64,000 nucleotides of DNA, taken from NCBI GenBank assembly GCA_964188305.1, contig OZ076886.1; one strand, given 5' to 3'. Shown here in pieces: positions 1 through 64,000 of the stretch (positions are counted from its first letter, which is position 1; the number at the start of each line of letters is the position of its first letter). The position numbers and the translations under genes are program-made. The notes below the pieces were generated by a model. The model saw nothing but the letters and a program-made list of their open reading frames with translations. It was not told the origin of the DNA and searched no databases. Source of the DNA: Podarcis bocagei. Lineage: Eukaryota.

Positions 1-506
1 AAAAATGAGTTGTTGGACACAAGACCAGTATAGCAAGAGCATAGCAAATTGAGGGCAGTTTGGGTTAAGCATGGACAACATCTGTGAAGGGCCCTGGAAG
101 TCTGTAGGTTCTGGAGTGGCATGAGGAGGGGGAACAAAAAGGGCTTGTAGTTTTTCATTTTTAGCAGGATTGGAAGTGTGTGTGTGACTTTCCTTCTCTG
201 GCATAATGAGGTCTCTTGTGTGCTAGGCAGCAATAAGTTTATGTATTTTCTCTGGCAAAGCTAGAAAACAGTAGTTGCTGGATTTTTGCTACTTACATTG
301 TGTATTTTATCATGAATTACTGTTCTATATTATTTTTATCATTTCTACAGTGCAAAGTGCAAAGTTCTTAATCATCTTGTATTTTATAGCAATTTTCATT
401 ATAGAGCAAACATTTGGTCATTCAGTAGAGGATTTCTGAATCTGCTGTTTGTCGAGTTGCATGACTAATTTAAATCGATCCAACTGAAATCAGATACCGT
501 ATAGGG

Positions 507-629
507 CAGCCTTTCACAACCGAGTTGGACTACAACTCCCACATCCTCCTGACTATTGGTCATACTGGCTGGGGCTGATGGATGTTGGGAGTCAACAACG
601 CCTGGAGAAAACCAGGTTGGAGAAGGCTG
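507..629. mobile_element. hAT-type MITE
   Basis: TIR cagcctttcacaacc/ggttggagaaggctg; 8-bp TSD gtataggg/gtatagag; internal actacaactccc...gggagt palindrome. Confidence 0.8.
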
Positions 630-939
630 GTATAGAGACATCAAAGGTTGCTGAATCTGGGTAGTAGCATCTCCATTCCTCCTAATATTTATGGCCAACA
701 CAACCTTAGTAACGAGGAACTTTCCAAACAAGTTACCAGCCAAATGAAATGTGCCATTATTTGGATTCTGCTTGTGATGGAGAACAGAAACAAATTCTGG
801 AGTTACTGGTCTTTTGCCACCCTAAATTGAACCTGTAATCTGATTCTGCATAAAGGCCCCATTCGCATAATCTGTCCCCATTTTTCCCTGGCAGATGGAT
901 TGAGGCCTACTCATGTAAGGTGCTTATATTTGTAAACAC

Positions 940-3390
940 ACACACACATACACACAACGTTTATTTTAGAGCTCTGGTATAAGCCCAAGGCTTGCTTCCA
1001 TGCTGCACTGCATGGTAGAATGAACAGATACAGAGAGTCTACAGGTGTGAACTAGTCTGAGAAAGTCATTCTCAATTAGTTTTGTTGAGATGGGAGGCAG
1101 AGACTGCATGTAAAGAGCAACCTGATCAACTATATTGGTTTCTGATACTTGTACTTATCTGACCCTGAAAAGTGTCTTGCCGAGGCTGAGAGCTTCTTCT
1201 CTTCCATTCCTTTTCCACGTAATTGCAAAACTCAAATGTTTCCTCCTCCATCTAAGCAAATCAACCCAGGAAAGGCTACTGACAACTTGAGAAAGTGAAA
1301 GCCTTTTCTTTTTTACAATTTCTGTATGGCTCATAAACTACTGGGAGATTGTTCTGTTGAAGCAAATTGCACAGCCCCCATTTATTATAGGGATGCTTGT
1401 ACAAGAAGTACTTATTTACCTATGGATTATGTGTCTATGACGTCAGGAGGTAACCACCTTCAGGAAGCTGCTAGTAAAAAGAGCCCCAAGTATAATAAAA
1501 TTATTACACATTTTTATTCCGAAGAACATTTTGCATTTCTTTTCATACAAAATGATGTAGGTCAAGAAACAATTTACAAACCCTTAAATTCTCTCCTGGC
1601 ATTTGAAAGAATGATTCAAGAAGAGGTCTGTAAGGTATCCATAGCAAATTGCCACTGTGTACAAAATGGTTATATTAACATAGTTTGTATAGGTCACACT
1701 TTTTAAAATGTGATTTGAATTGCTACCTATTTTGTTAATACAGATAAACCCTGATAAGGTTACTTGGCAAAGCAAGTCAATTTATCGTGTTAATAAAATA
1801 GATTTTTGATATTCACCTGCCTCCAAAATTGCATTAGCCTCAATATCAGGATTTTACTGCATCATGGACAAATGTCTAAGCCCTCCTTTGATTGCATAAA
1901 AATAAATCCTGGAAACAGTCCACATAGAACAACAAAAGTTGAGGCCACCATGCCATCCATTTCCCCAACATATTAGGAATCTTTTGGTTCTGCAAATGAC
2001 TGCTTCATCGCACATTCCACTTCAAGCAGAGTAACTTGTTAACATTTTGCATCCACCAGCTAAATTATTTCTTCATAAGAATTCTCTACACCAAGTAAAA
2101 TACTTGGTCAGTTAATCTGTAAATATATATACTTCAAGGTTAAAAGAAAACCTTGTTAGGCGTAGCCTAATTCGATTCATTTCTTTTTATTTACCTGTTA
2201 TTGCAGGAGTTGTAGTATAAATAAAAATCAGAAGTTTCCAAATAAAAAAGATAACAGTTAATTCCAAATCTCTTAACTTTCCAAATATAAGACTATAAAT
2301 AGTCATCTTTCATGTTTTAAATAAAGTGAGACTCCTATAGGCCCAAAATATTTTATAAAATCTCTGTAGCATCAAGTTTCTCAAATCTTTACCTCGAAAG
2401 CATTTTACAATGAAGAAATAAGAGGTGGCTCTATTTAAATATTTAATCCTAAAGCTCTATACAATCCAAGTAAAAATACTTCTATCTAGAATTCTGTGGA
2501 GAATTACAATAATTAGGCTCCATAAATATTGCTGCAGTTCAATTACGGTACAATAATTACAAAATATAGAACATCTCTTTACAAATACAAATGTTTGTAG
2601 ATTACAATTTATTTACAATAATTTCTGCTATATAATTTTTAACAAACTATCTTATCTAACTCTACTTTAACCTGGTTGCAAGTGCATTGGTAAAAATGCA
2701 ATTATTCCAGTATATTTTGCCCTTAATGTGACAGTCATAAAACAGACTATCTTTAATGATATTTTGCTATGTAAACTGGTGTTACATATGAGAGAAATGC
2801 TTTTTAGCATCAGTCCAATAAAACAATCTCATGTAGGTAGTGTTTGACAAACTGTATTAGACAAATACTTTAAAAAAAAGGAGGCAAATTTGAAAATAAT
2901 ATCTGAGTGGATATGTTGAATGTAGTGGACATTTGATATGCCATATAATCAGAGGTAATGACACTTTTGATTTTCATCACCATATCCTTCTCATGCAGAC
3001 TTTCTTTTTTGGTGCCAAACCTTTTTCCGCTGAGAAAGTTTTACACTCTGAAGGGCAGCAGCACAAAACTGAAAGGCAGCAATCTTTCAACTTTTTCTTC
3101 AACATCTGAAAACAGGCTGGTTAGCATCTCTTTCAGTCTAATAACCAACCTTCACTCACTGATGAGCTCAGGATTCTATAGCAAAGGACTTGTCAACATC
3201 CTGCCATTCTGATCCTGTTTCACCACACTGGAGATATTTAAGAAGAAATAAAAGTATGGCTTCCTCGCAATGTGACATCATCACTCGTGCAAAACTTGAT
3301 TCCTTATTAATTCCAACTAGTGCCTAGCATCTTGGAACTATGAGGCACTTTTGTTTATTTAAAATCAAACTTTTTTTTTCTTGCTAAATA
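940..3390 (-). other. CACNA1D: CACNA1D 3' UTR (end approximate)
   Basis: AT-rich stretch after the stop with no recognised TE; minus-strand AATAAA at 2608-2613, 2186-2191, 960-965 (the last followed by a GU-rich tract). Confidence 0.65.

Positions 3391-64000
<60,610 letters not shown>

Noticed and set aside
1-460. Possible 3' end of a convergent neighbouring gene (CHDH in mammals)
   Set aside because: No recognisable coding sequence; synteny alone is not evidence
1326-1706. 126-aa plus-strand ORF, and similar long ORFs at 16155, 21551, 27735 and 30554
   Set aside because: No recognisable protein; they are antisense to the UTR or lie in MITEs or introns, and the lengths are compatible with chance

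Overview
Vertebrate genomic DNA, most likely from a lacertid lizard (Sauria SINEs, BovB, CR1/L2 and squamate-type MITEs). Nearly the whole window is the 3' half of the L-type Ca2+ channel gene CACNA1D (Cav1.3) on the minus strand. It runs from IIIS5 (exon 25, mammalian 49-exon numbering, cut by the right edge) to the stop codon at 3391, followed by a ~2.4 kb 3' UTR. All core exons were read by eye with GT-AG boundaries and consistent phase. The main interest is the RNA-processing layer in the introns: (1) a 44-nt ungapped editing-complementary sequence 2.8 kb upstream of the IQ exon, with 39/44 positions pairing; (2) a 30-nt IVS2-S3 microexon; (3) mutually exclusive exons 31a/31b; (4) two possible decayed copies of microexon 32; (5) a candidate stop-cassette plus terminal-exon module in intron 41, bracketed by an inverted MITE pair; (6) a 43S alternative acceptor. 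Most ORF-track entries are spurious, intronic or transposon-derived. No database searches were run; homology calls come from recognising the sequence.
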